Below are positions 36,636-48,780 of a stretch of 64,000 bases of DNA, piece after piece (position 1 is the stretch's first letter; the number at the start of each line of letters is the position of its first letter). The stretch is from Psammoneis japonica. Taxonomy: Eukaryota. Both the position numbers and the translations under genes were made by a program. Location of the stretch: positions 248,001 through 312,000 of the forward strand of contig QPGO01000044.1 of assembly GCA_008632985.1 (NCBI GenBank). Reading direction: 5' to 3'. Under the pieces are notes generated by a model. It was given only the letters and a program-made list of their open reading frames with translations. It had not been told where the DNA came from and did no database searches.

Positions 36636-37625
36636 TCAAACTGTTGTCAGAGGAATGCCACCAGCAACATCTGCGGCAGGATCAAGGTCAAAATCGCACT
36701 CACTGGCATCCGTGTTATACCCCAAACTCTTGGTTGCAACAACATCCGACTCGTCTGCCGGTTCCTCTTGATTTCCCATCGTCTCCACACATGTGAAGAA
36801 AAGAATCCGTTTCAGATGCTTGTTTACAAAAAAGTAATTGAAGCTCCACAGCGTTGCGCTTGTCGTCGCATCTTCTCCCACCAGAGTCTGCGCAAGGAAG
36901 CTCAACGCATCATCATCCTGATCTCTAGCCGGCGGGACGTATGAGTACACGTGACACTCTGCAAGGGTGATTACATTATCAATAGCACCCCATAAGTCGC
37001 CCAACAAGGATTCTCGTTGCGAGGCAAGCTCTGATAGCCTTTCGTTTATACGGCGAACTGCGGACGAAACCGCCACTTTAACAAAGTGGGACGGCCGGAT
37101 GTTTCCAAAGTCATAGTCAGGAAACGATGCATTAAGCGTAAGAATCAGATCCGTCATCAGACGGCGAGTCCCCATTTCATGAAAGTCTCCCAGAGGCGAA
37201 TGAGAAAAGTACCCCGGAGAGCTCACCGAGCGCTTCATGCGTGTTGTTGTTACAGGTGCTAGAGCGGTGACAGTGGTGGCATCAAAACTTATGGCACGAC
37301 TTCTTCGCTTTGGTAGTGGAGGCTTAGTCTCTGGTTGTGACCCGACACTTGAGCTACGTTTCCGCCCTTCTCGAGTTGGCGAATCTGTCAGCTTGGGGTG
37401 CTTCGATAGGAACTGCTGATAAGTCTCCAACTGTGTCTCCACATCTTCTATCTCTGCTGCATATCGTTCACCTAGAGCATGTGCATATTTCTTGTCTGTC
37501 CCAGCCCGCTTCATAATGAAGGCCTCTATTCTTCCGTTCACGACGCGGCTTTTTGTTCCACCGAGCAACGCACCAGAAAGTTCTGATGTCAGTTGCATCA
37601 ACTTTTTGTCCTCAAGATACTTCAT
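36636..37625 (-). CDS. MAF1: Repressor of RNA polymerase III transcription MAF1
   Basis: MKYLE, GRIEAF..KRAGTDKK, LILTLNASFPDYDF, LWSFNYFFVNKHLKRILFF. Confidence 0.95.
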   Translation of the reverse strand: MKYLEDKKLMQLTSELSGALLGGTKSRVVNGRIEAFIMKRAGTDKKYAHALGERYAAEIEDVETQLETYQQFLSKHPKLTDSPTREGRKRSSSVGSQPETKPPLPKRRSRAISFDATTVTALAPVTTTRMKRSVSSPGYFSHSPLGDFHEMGTRRLMTDLILTLNASFPDYDFGNIRPSHFVKVAVSSAVRRINERLSELASQRESLLGDLWGAIDNVITLAECHVYSYVPPARDQDDDALSFLAQTLVGEDATTSATLWSFNYFFVNKHLKRILFFTCVETMGNQEEPADESDVVATKSLGYNTDASECDFDLDPAADVAGGIPLTTV

Positions 37626-38198
37626 TCTCCTTGATTTCCTTGGATAATACTATCAACACAGAACGCTGTCCTCACCGCCGCCTTGAGCCTTCTTCATTCA
37701 CAACGCAAGTTGTTATCGTTGGTATTTCTCTTTTTCTGTGACGTTCAAAACGAACCCTGCAATCAAAACACACTACCGTAACACAGCCAGGGTGGGTGAG
37801 GCGGGTGCGGAGTGATGATTAATTCGGGCAAAATGTCGGACAGGCGTACATCCAACTAATGTTATTTGCAGTATTTGAATAGAAGATTTTAAGTTATTTA
37901 TTTTGGTATTTTGCATAATTAAAATTCTATTTAGATACGGCAATTTCTATTACCGTAGCAGGCCCAACCCCGTGCGCCTTGCCACTTGCTTTTGCTGATG
38001 GTGGACAGACTCTAAAAAATGCATCATACTGTACCGTACATAGGGCCCTACCAGTACATACCGTACCGTAGGTACAGCCGGCCAGTCCATTGATTCCAAA
38101 ATCTCCACATATCCAGCGCCATCATCGCAAGGACCTCCGCTGTCGTTGTTGTCACTGCGTTATTGCTCTTGTCGGTACTACCATATCCATCCATAGCC

Positions 38199-38706
38199 AT
38201 GAGCGCCTCCGAAGTTGCCCAAGCGTTTGTAAATCACTATTACCCCACGCGTGATCAGAATCCTGATGGGGTTGCTGGTCTATACGTAAGTCGTTGTTGT
38301 TGTGCGTTGCCGCATTGGCAACGCCCTATGTATCCACGTAGATTTCACGTGGATTTGAAAAAAAATCATCGGCGATATGCCTTACCCTGCATGCTGTTGT
38401 TCTCTGCTTTTCTCACAGAACCAGACTTCCATGTTGACAGTCGAAGGCGCTCAAGTTCAGGGCTCAGCCGCTATTGTGGAAAAACTCAAAAGTTTGGGTC
38501 AGGTCAAACACACGGTCAAATCGATGGACGTGCAGCCGTCCACGTCGGATTCTGCCATGCTTGTCGCTGTGACGGGCGCCATTCAAATGGGCGAAGGTAA
38601 TCCCAATCCCTTGCACTTTTCCGAGACCTTTCAATTGGTCAGTACCGGTGCCGCGGGAAGCTTTTATGTCCATAATCAGTTGTTTCGACTGCATTATGGA
38701 TTGTAA
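38199..38706 (+). CDS. NTF2: Nuclear transport factor 2; intron 38286-38418
   Basis: MSASEVAQAFVNHYY...LY|NQTSMLTVEG...DVQPS...FSETFQL...FYVHNQLFRL; GTAAG...CAG intron in phase 0. Confidence 0.93.
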
Positions 38707-39370
38707 GAACGCGTTTTGTTGAGCAGAGATTACATGATGTGGAGTGTAAAAAGCACACAGTGTTATTGTCGTTGTTTTGTTTCGACAATCATTGATGTTG
38801 GGCGTTAGAGAAATGTGATATTTGTCGACTACTTCTGGAAGATTCGACCTAACACTATAGAAACTAGGGAAATCGTCGCAGTCGGTTGTGCACACTTCTC
38901 ACTTTTTAGTTTCGAATAAGCGGATTCTCGGGCTCCTATACTACGACAACAGTCTGAGCGTGGCATAGTCTTGCTTCACAAGAAGCGGTCACGGAGCTTA
39001 TCTTTATGTCGCTACTTGTGAATGAATTTTGGAACCTTTGCTGCCCCAGTCTATGCCGCGCCTCCAAATGACATCAAAATATGCTGGCTAACAGAATATG
39101 ATTTCGGCATAAGTACCGTACCACTTGTTGGGCTTGTATAGTTCCTTCCCAAAGGGAGTCTGGATGTGTATTTGCGGTTGTTCCTCTTGTCAAAGATGCT
39201 TCTCGACGGTCTACTAAAATTTGTTTTACAATCTTACCCAAACCTAAGTGATTTGAACAACAGCAACAGGACTGCAAAACCTCGGGCGTTGACATAGTAG
39301 CACTGAATTAACTGAAGCCTCCCTCCAAGAGAGGTCGTGTTGCACTCTACCCATGTCGCTGCTACGGCTC

Positions 39371-41065
39371 TTACGCGTCGAGTTTCAGCAAAGAACTTCT
39401 TTTTGGAGTTTGAAAGATAGCATGATATTCCAACATGAGTCTGTATGTGTAGCACTGTAGATCCTCTTGTCGAAGGTGCTTTTCGACGGTCCATCTAGCG
39501 TGCTTTACAATCTCGGCTGCAATCTTTGGATGAGCATGCGCCCACTCTACCTTTTCGACTAGATCACTCTGATCGTACTTGACAGGAATGTAATCCACCC
39601 AGGGAACCACCCGCTCGGAAAACCATTCTTGAAAGGCGGTCGATTTGAAAACGAGACATCCCGAATACAAGAGTTTAGGAAAGCGTTCGGTGAAAGCTAG
39701 GAAAAGCAAGACGTGAGATTGGACACATGAGAGAATGCGAGATCATTGCGACATGTAAAATGAAAAAGCTAGCACAAGGTGTAACGAACCAACGCCATCA
39801 ATGTCCAAAACATACTTGTGCTTTTCAATATCGTCGTACGTAATCCGGTCTGCGACTCGATATTTCGGTTCCAGGATACGGGGGTTGTTTGTAACAAAAG
39901 CGAAATCAGCAATGACAGAAGAGTTTGGAGCAATAGGATGAGCACCCTTCCCGGCATATGTTTCAATCATTTGAAACCTGGGGCCACTGCCCCACTTGGA
40001 TGTTGGCGAACCTCTCCATATGATAACGTCGTCGCGGTTGTGCCAATCTGGTCCTTTTGGCCGTTGATCCGCAATGCTCGTGCCTTCAGTGTAAATACTC
40101 CCAATGTATGGTAGCAAAAGGTCTCGAGCGACAGTGTCATGGACTGGTTGCAATGCCTGTGTCCAGTTGATTGGATTGTCAAAGGTGCCATAACCTTGAT
40201 TGGGATTCTTTAACTGGTGATCCCAAGAAAAGATGGGATATTTACCGTTGCTCGGTACTTTTCCTTTGTCGTGGAGGTTGATGACAAATTTGGTTCGAAT
40301 GGGTGGTTTATGTTCCACCACATGACGAAACAAATAGCCTAAACGCTTCTCCACCTTTGGCCTAGCACCTTTGAACTCGTTGTTCTTCCCGGCAGAAAAT
40401 TTCTCCACAGACATTGTGTTATTCTCGATAGAAAAAACAATGTGGAAATGTGTATAATTGCCGGCTCCGGAAATGGCATCCTGCAGTGAAAGCGACGAAT
40501 TGCGAAATGGTGCGAGATGCTGATCGATTGTATCGTAGAACCTAGTTGTTTCGCATTTCTTCTCGAACGCAAACGCTAACCATTGTTTCAGAGTGTTCGG
40601 AGGCTGACGTTGATATCGCCTCCAGTAATCTTTTTGAAATAGATGCCAGCGACGTTGCTCAGGAGATAAGTTATCGTATGAACTCTTGGTCGCGCTGACA
40701 TTTATCTTGTGGGTTTCTTGCAAGGATGATTCCTCGGAGAAAGTATCGCTCTTGACTGTCTTGTTGGTGACCTGCTCATTGATAGCGTTTACTCCTTTCG
40801 CGCTGACGTTCATCTTGTGGGTTTCGTGCAAAGATGATTCCTCGGAGAAAGTGTCGTTCTTGACGGAGCTGTCGGTGACCGCGCTGACGTTCATCTTGTG
40901 GATTTCGTGCAAAGATGATTCCTCGGAGAAAGTGTCGTTCTTGAAGGAGCCGTCGGTGACCTGTTCGTTGATATTATAGATTCCCTTCCTCGCTCCAAAA
41001 AGCGTAAAGACCCTGAAAATTAATAGGCTTGTGGTTAAATAAATACTCAGATAAACCCACTTCAT
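39371..41065 (-). CDS. Glycosyltransferase family 90 (CAP10/POGLUT-like); intron 39789-39697
   Basis: N-terminal TM; IWRGSPT, KYVLDIDGV|AFTERF..LL.SGCLVFKS, EWF..RVVPWVDYIPV; stem has three ~27-aa repeats (NDTFSEESSLHE.HKMNVSA). Confidence 0.9.
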
Positions 41066-42049
41066 ACTCAACTGTGTTGTGCGGCGGTAACAAAAAGAGA
41101 CAATTATGCCTTCTCTATGTTGTGAGTGATGGTGGTTCGAGCGAAAAAATGGAGCGGCGCATCTGTGGATATAATTGTTGATCAGTAACGAATGTCTTAT
41201 TTACAGTAACTTTCCCTTATAAATATATCCAAATATGAATACATATGTTGATGCCTGTATCATGACCACAGAACATTCTAATTCGTGCGTTGCGTTGAAG
41301 GTGGCGTTGGGTCGCGTTTCGCGTTGGCATGGCGCGCTCGCTACACCGTGCGGGCATGTTGCTCAAAACGCGCGAATTTCCGCGACAACATTTTCTGTGT
41401 TAGACCGACTCAGAGGGACAGTACACCCAATTCCTGAGGGACACGACACGCATACAAGTGCCATACACAGACACATAATCAATCGCACACAACACGCACA
41501 ATTTCCAAGGGACACGAAACCCTCACAAAGTTTCACCAAGTCAATTTGCACGCAGCAAACTGCAGCAGCACAATGATGCGAGCCGCCGGTGTCCCACTTT
41601 ACGGCGTGATATCTCAATGATACTTTCACCGATTTTCCCGTTGCTTATTTCATTCTTAACATAAATTGCACAATACATCCAATGACTTTGATTCCATTGT
41701 GTGTCATTGTGAATTGTGGATTTCTGTTTTGTTTGAAACCATGCAGCAATTTCAAATTTGGAGAAGCGCGCACTAGGGAAAGCGTGTACGAAGGATGCAG
41801 GTTGTGCAGCATTTCGATTCCCAATGGTCGATCCGAAACTATTGGCAGTGTCACACCATCGTATGTCGTGTGACATGTGATAGAGCATGTGATGTAGTGG
41901 TTAAAATTAAGACTCCTACAATGAATGCCAGTGGTGCAAACAGCAAGCTAATCTGCCGTCGATCCGAAACTGCCAGTGGTGTCGCATGATAGAGCATGTT
42001 AGGTTGTTAAATTTGAGACTCTTACAATGAACACTGGTGATGCAAATAG

Positions 42050-43450
42050 CATGCTAATCTGCTGTCAATGTGACTGGAGTTTTTAAGCCGCCGCCCTCTT
42101 GCCCTCTTTCTCAATCTTGTTCATCATCGTTTGCAGTTTTTTCCAATGCCGAAACAACAGCTCCCACTTTGTTTTCCAATTTGGATTTTCCATCAATAAC
42201 CTTCCTCTCCTCACTTGTGCTAGCTTTGAAGCTGCGAGTTGATGCTGCCTTCTTTTCATCAACCAGCTTGTTGCACAAGGGCACGGCTTTGTTGTGCTGC
42301 TCAACCAAATTAAAAACATGCTTGAGAGACACGGATTTCAATGTCTTGCAAGCCCTGTCCCACCAAGCCATGTAGTTGTCATCATCCTTTGCTTGAGGAC
42401 GATTGCTGCCATTGAGACACTCCTTCTCCTCACTTGTAAACAGCGCACGCGGGCCCTTGCTTTTAGAGATTTGTTGAGTTCGTCATGCTCGGATTTTTTG
42501 TAAAGTGCTCCATGCCCCAACTTCTTCTTGAGCACCATGTGCACACCAGAATCATGTTGTGCCTGCGACTTGGGCTTCCAATGAGTCCCCTTGCGAGCAC
42601 CTTCGCGTTCAATCTTGTGCTCCATTGAGAAAGCACAGAATTGCCTCATCAATTTGCTGCAGTTCGGCACAGTGAGAGTTTCTCCACGCAGATGCTTTCG
42701 TTCCAACTGATGGACCAGTGGATGTCCTTTTTTTTGGCAAAAACGTCAAATGCTGCGACCGCCGTCTTGTAGCCATCTTCGGTTCGGTCTGCTTTGTCTT
42801 GCATTTCTGCGCATGCTTGGAGCATCATGGACTCGTCTTCGCACTCTTCTGCCTCATCCTCATTTGAATCTTCCAAAAGGAGGCCTCAAGCTCAGTGGCA
42901 AGTCGATTGACGCGGTCCACCTCACTCGCTTTTGCCTCGTCGCTCGGCTCGTCGCTGGACTTGTCCTTCTTGCATGGATTGTTGTGATGCGAGCAGAAGA
43001 TTGTGCCTGCTGCAGTGGTTGCTGGTGGTTCCAACTTCCAACCTGTCCTGGGCCTGTGCAGCTGGAGCATCTTTTTCATTGATGAGAGATGGCATTGTGG
43101 ACAAATGATGCCGACAGCGTATGCCATGCAAGTCCAATCGCAACGAATCGCAACAATCGCAATGAAAATGGTAGACTTTAGCTGGCTGGAGGCCATGGTG
43201 CAACAGCAGCAACGAGCGAGCGGCGGCAGTGCGGTGGTCGGACCATCTGTCGTCCGTCGCAGGGTGACCGGTCTGGTCGGCGGCTCAACCCGTCGATTTC
43301 CGGCCGATTTGCGAGGGACCCGAGGGACACCCTGTCCCTCGGGGGCGCGCTTCGCGCGTCCCTCCCGCTCCGCGGGACAAATGTCCCTCCAGGGACACTC
43401 CGCGTCCCTCCAAAAAAAATTTTCGCAAAAAACATGTGTTGCCATCATGG
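42050..43450 (-). mobile_element. Degenerate coding remnant in a repeat block, family uncertain (possibly Crypton-like tyrosine recombinase N-terminus)
   Basis: Frameshifted pieces TEDGYKTAVAAFDVFAK, LMRQFCAF...SQAQHDSG..LKKK; GC-rich gggaca/tgtccc palindromes at 43315-43410. Confidence 0.25.
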
Positions 43451-44094
43451 CCATTATGAGTTAGCCAGGGTGGGGCTAGTTGGTCACGCACGTTTGGGTT
43501 CGATGTGACTGTGCAACTAGCCATGCCCTGGAGGAAAAGCTGTTGGTGGATTGGGTGGCGCGCGAGTGCCGGCAGCAACGCAACAAAGCAAAAAAACACG
43601 GCGTGGGTCAAAAAACATTGTAAAATGACATGACAACAAGCGATGAGAAGAAACCCAACTTGACCCAGGAATGAAGCACACAAATGTTGTCCAGCGGCTT
43701 TGATCTTGTCTGGAAATGCACTCTCGTAGATCCGCGAACGGCACTCACGTTGCTTGCCATGGTGTTGTCATGTGTTGTCGTGTGCTGTTGTTGTGCGAGA
43801 AGGACGGGGCACCAGGGCCAACTAATTGCAAAGTTTTCTGCGGCAATCAGATTGCAGTCAGTCGATTGCATCGCTGTGGAACAGCAACCATCCAACTGCG
43901 GTCGCGCAGCGATTGCACGGTCTGACAAACAGACTGCAATCGGGCTGCAATCACCCTGCCGGCCAGGCGTGCCCCCTGCACAGGGGCGCTCTCTGCACAA
44001 GAGCACACTCCGCGCAGGAGAAAAGCCCACCGCAGGCAAAGAAATCAAGCTGTTTTGCTTGTTTTGGCGACGCGCTCCAGGTCCAGGTGGGACC

Positions 44095-44366
44095 TGACAG
44101 AAATTGAAGGCAAATGGCAAGAATTCAAACAATGACTCCTTGCTGCTGTCTAAACAGCAGATGAGTCTCCGCTCAGAGACCGTTGCAGGAGCCGAAAGAC
44201 GTGCAAGTCGGTGCAATCGGGCTGCTGTTGTCATTCTTGTGAGCCTTGTGGCTCGAAAGCAAACTGCATCGCGCGCGAACGCGCGGAACTAAAGCACACA
44301 AAACTGTGCACGGCAAACTAAACAGCGCGATTTCGCGCGCACCTGAATCCTGTTCAAATCCTGTCA
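44095..44366 (-). repeat. 3' LTR of the Copia element (272 bp)
   Basis: Matches 48781-49056 apart from four substitution sites and one 4-bp length difference. Confidence 0.96.
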
Positions 44367-44419
44367 CTCCCCAGTTTGCTTGAGGAGCCACAGAAACAGG
44401 TTCGACTTTGGATGGAATG

Positions 44420-47400
44420 AAGTTCCAGAACATGAGGGGGCGGAGAAGGTCCCAGACTTGGGAGTGACCCCAATGCTTGCTGAGAAAGTCAGCAGGGTTG
44501 CGGGAGCCTTCGATGAAGTGGAGCTCAAGGTGACCAGAGGCAATTGCCTCACGCACACGGTGGAACGACAGTGCGGTGTGTCACTTGTGTGACTTGGAGT
44601 GCGGGATGGTGGCACTGTCTACAACCGACTTGTTGTCACCGAACATGCAACTGACATTGCGGATCGGGATGCCAAGGTGGCGCAGGGTGATGCACAGGTC
44701 GACAATCTGCTCGACACAAGTCCTTGCGGCAACAAATTCAGACCCGCAGGTCGCAGTCTCCACGGTGGCTTGCTTCTTGGAGAACCAATCAGCCGGGAAT
44801 TTGTTGAGGAAGTGGAGCATTCCCATGATGGAGCATCCGGTGAGCATGCAATGGCACAAGTTTGCATCGACGCAGTGGGTGGCAGTGACGAACTTGCCAA
44901 GGGGCGGTGGAGCATCCTTCGGGATCATCTCCTCTGCTTCGCTGTGCATGGAATGCATCCATTCACAGGCCGGAGCAGGGAGATCCGAGTGGTCGGGCTC
45001 TTCCGTGCGAACGCAGAGAGCGCCATGTCGCATCTTGGAGAGGTGCCCACAGATGCGTTTGGCACGATCCAAGTGGCCTTGACGGGGCGCAGCTCGGAAG
45101 CTAGAGAGTGACATGACGGCCGTGGTGATGTCAATTCGACCAAGGGACACTGCCCATTGGAGTGAACCAACAAGAGACTGGAACTTGTGAATGCCATCGG
45201 GCCCCAGCAGTTCGGAAGTGTCCAGTTCGGGGTGGTCACCCTTCTCCAGAGGTGACAGGGCGTTGGTGGCAGGTTTCTCCCCAAACAGTCGGGTGCAGCT
45301 GTCGACCATGCGCTCGATGCACTTGCGCGGAGACAGGCACAAGGTGCCATCGGGATCCCGGGAAAAGTCGCAGCCCAGATGGAACTCAATGGGTCCCGCA
45401 CCCTTGAGCTTGAACTTGCACTTTTCCGCGAGAGTGTCGACGAAAGATTGAGGGTCCTTCACAGCAATGGCGAGGTCATCCACGCCGTTCCTGCGCATCC
45501 AAATGTCAGGTTCGGTGCGGCAGGGGAAGAAGCCTTCAGCTCGTGGGCAGTCGGCAAAGCGCTCGTGCCAGCGGAGACCGGAGCTGCGCAGTCCATGCAG
45601 GGCCTTGTGGATGACAAGGATGTGTCCTTCGAGTTTGCCAAATTCGGGTCCGGCTACAATGTAGAGCTTCTCCTTGGTGGTGGCTTCAAGGTGGGCATTG
45701 CCAATGTTGGTGGCCCATGTCTCCAACTCGTTGAGTTCGGCCAGGAAAATCATCAGCCGAAGGCCACGGAGGGAGACTGCTCCGGAGTAGACACCATCGA
45801 TGGGTACGTCCGTGAGGTGCCCATCGGCTGCGAGTCGTGCCTTGTGGCGACCGTCGTGTTTCATGTCGCACACCAGGTGCACTTGGATCTTCTTGTGTCC
45901 TGCAGGAGGAGTGGAAGACTCGAAGGGCCCGCAGTCATGGAAGACTTCGTATTCTTCGAGTTGGTCCATCTCGAGATTAGTTGCGTCTCCCCATTTGCAG
46001 TTGCCCTTGCGTTCGTCTAGTGACATGGCATGTTTGCAGTTCCGGGGAACTTTGCATCCGCACTTGCAGCGAGGTGCAGTGCAGAAGGAGCGAAGCTTGG
46101 CTTGGTTGGCCATGCGGAACAGCTTCTTCTGGTGCCTTGCGATGGTGCGGAACTGCTTCCAGCCATCAGTGTCGAGAAGTCCGTTCTCTCGTGCATAGAT
46201 GGCACAGGTGGCGGGGTCGTCCTTGGCGATGATGGCAAGAGGCTCGGACGTGATCTCCCCACTTTCCCATTCAAGCATGATGTTGTAGCTTGAGCTTTTC
46301 CAGGTTGGGTCATGAGGCTTCAGAGGTCCTTCGTGTGACACAATGCGTCGAAATTTCCAAACAGCAGTGTCTTCGTCTTCTTGCTCAATGTGATTCATGA
46401 TGTCGTTGCAGGCAAGGACTTCCTTGCATTGACCATTGTTGACAGAGCAGACGAACTCAGTGAGCTCGGGATTGCCGTTCACTTTCCATTCATGGTCTTC
46501 GACGGCCTTGACGATGCGAGCTCTGTGGCGTTGTCCATCCTCTTGTGGCTGCATGAGGAAGGTGCGTCCGATGATGTCTTGCGGATCGAAAACTGGCATC
46601 TTGGGTGTCCTGATCTCCCCATCAGGAGAATCGACGGGGTTGTCATCATGGTGAGATTTGATGATGGGTTCAGGTGGCTCCCCATCAGGAGGATCAAGAC
46701 GCAGGTTTTGAACGGCAGGATCGGTGGTGGCGGATCATACGTTGGACCAGCAGAGGATCTTCTGAGTCTCGTCAGAGAGAATCTTGAAGGTCATCTGGTG
46801 GCCGACGTGCTCAGCAATGCCAACAAAGCGTCCACGCAACTCACGGGATTTGGACAGCCAATCGGAGTCATCGAGGTGGAAGTGCACGGGTTCCCACCAG
46901 TGAAAGCGAAGCAATGGGCTGATGTCCGGGGTGGAGCCAGTGAGAGTCTCGAGGGGTGTGCGCCAGTGGAGACGTGGGGACGCTGCATGGTTGAGCATGA
47001 AGCACACGCACATGAGCGCCAGCAGCCATGTGTGGGCAGGCGAACCGAAATGATCCATGACAGTGTTCGCCATGCACTTCACGGTCTGGTGTCGACGCTC
47101 GGCAAAGTTTTGGTGTTGCTGGTGAGGCTCACTTTGCCAGCTGGAGATGAAGAGGGCTCGCAGGATCCCGAGCACCTTGTTGCTGATCTCAACTTGAGCA
47201 CGGTCGCTGATGAGTTTGGATGGGGCACCACACTCACGGATCTGATCCTCGAGTGTGTTGACAAACTCTTTGTCCGTTTTGGTGCCGCAGACGTCAGTGA
47301 CGGCAGACTCGGTGCCAACAAACAGTTGGGCGCTGGTGCAACCAGAGTCGACGGCCGGGGTGTCGGCACAAACGGTGTCAGTGGCGATGGGCTCGTTGCG

Positions 47401-48780
47401 GCGGTGCACATTAAGGGCGGGGTTGGGCGATTTGCAGGCCTTCCTGAGGTGTGCACCGGTGGGCATGCGGGCGCACTGCGTGGTGCAGTCAAAAGTACGA
47501 TGGACCGCATCGGCAGGGAGGAAGCCAAAGCAAGGCCAAAGAGACTCGAAGGGGGGGTCCTTGGGCTGCACAGTGTGCTCCGGGGGCGGAACGTCGTCGT
47601 CCTTGGGGTCAATCGCGTGTAGATGACACTCGTAGAACACATCGTCGTTCGGAATGAGGTGATCATCGAGGGCGGACGCGTGATCGGCAGACAAGGAAGC
47701 GGACATGATGGTCTTGTTGACAACGACACGATGACAGCAGTTGCCGCATTCGTCAAATGGGTTGGCAGTGGGATCGTCCTGCAGGTCAGAGATCGCGTCG
47801 CACCACTGGTCGTCGTCAGTGACAGAGTGATCAAGGACGGAAGGATCCCATGTGTCATCACCGGTGAGGATGACATGGGGCAGGGTGTCCCATTCGGCGT
47901 CAGTGCAAGGTCGCATGGCAACATGAGGCAGGCCGCCCTTGATGTCAATGGGGATGACACAGCCATCAGGGGTGGCAATGCGTTGCAAGCCGTTGGGCAC
48001 CTTGACAGAGCGATCGTTGACATCCTGTTTGCACCATTCGAGCTGGCCGCAGGAATGAATGGTCTTGCCCTTTCCCGCATGTGTGCACTGATGGAGGATG
48101 GCGATGACGGGACCACGCTGGGTCTCAATGATGGCACCAGTGGTGACAATGGGGATGTCCACCAATTGATGGTCGTCAATGCCCTGAACGTCGACTTGGC
48201 AAGAGGTGCGTGCAATGACGCGAACGTCATCGCCAGCAATGCCGCCGTTGGCCCCACGATCGACTGGAGCACCAGCGCGTGTGGAGCGATGAGCAGAGGC
48301 AGAGTGAATGACATTGTGGTTGTCAACGCGGCGGTGAGTGCGGCCGTCAAGTTCTGTGTCATCGGCAGGAGCTGGCGAGGTAGAGGGAGCGGCGGATGGC
48401 CCTGGTCGACTGGCGTTGGGGGCTTGGTTAGGAGACAACAGACGTTGCAGATCACCGGGTGGCAGTGGCTTGCGCTTGGTGAGGTGCTCCAGGATGGGAT
48501 TGTCCAAAGTGGCATCCACATTTGGAGCGGGGTCACCAGAGTCAGCAGGAGTCTTGTTGGACAAGTTGACATCACCGTCACTCCCAAGGCGTTGGTCGTG
48601 AAGGTTGGCCGCAACGGACTCATGGCAGTTGCTGGCTCGCGGGTTGCGGGGAGGCGGACGAGAATGCTCGAGGATGATCGCCTTGGAGGAATGGGGCAAC
48701 GAATCCCAAATCCGTTGGTGGTCGGGAGGGAGACGTTTCCATTGGTCACCAGTGAGGCTGGGACCACGGGTGCAGGCATC
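44420..48780 (-). pseudogene. Copia gag-end/pol polyprotein, inactivated
   Basis: ORFs 46735-48699 and 44581-46599 plus the RNase H tail. TGA stops lie at positions normally Arg (SNV*SA, HK*HTALS). The segment before the RT YVDD motif is missing (WMRRNG-VDDLAI). Confidence 0.92.

Noticed and set aside
44420..48780. Alternative genetic code or recoding to explain the missing Tyr
   Set aside because: Neighbouring host genes use TAY and TAA/TAG normally, and non-coding repeats show the same change.
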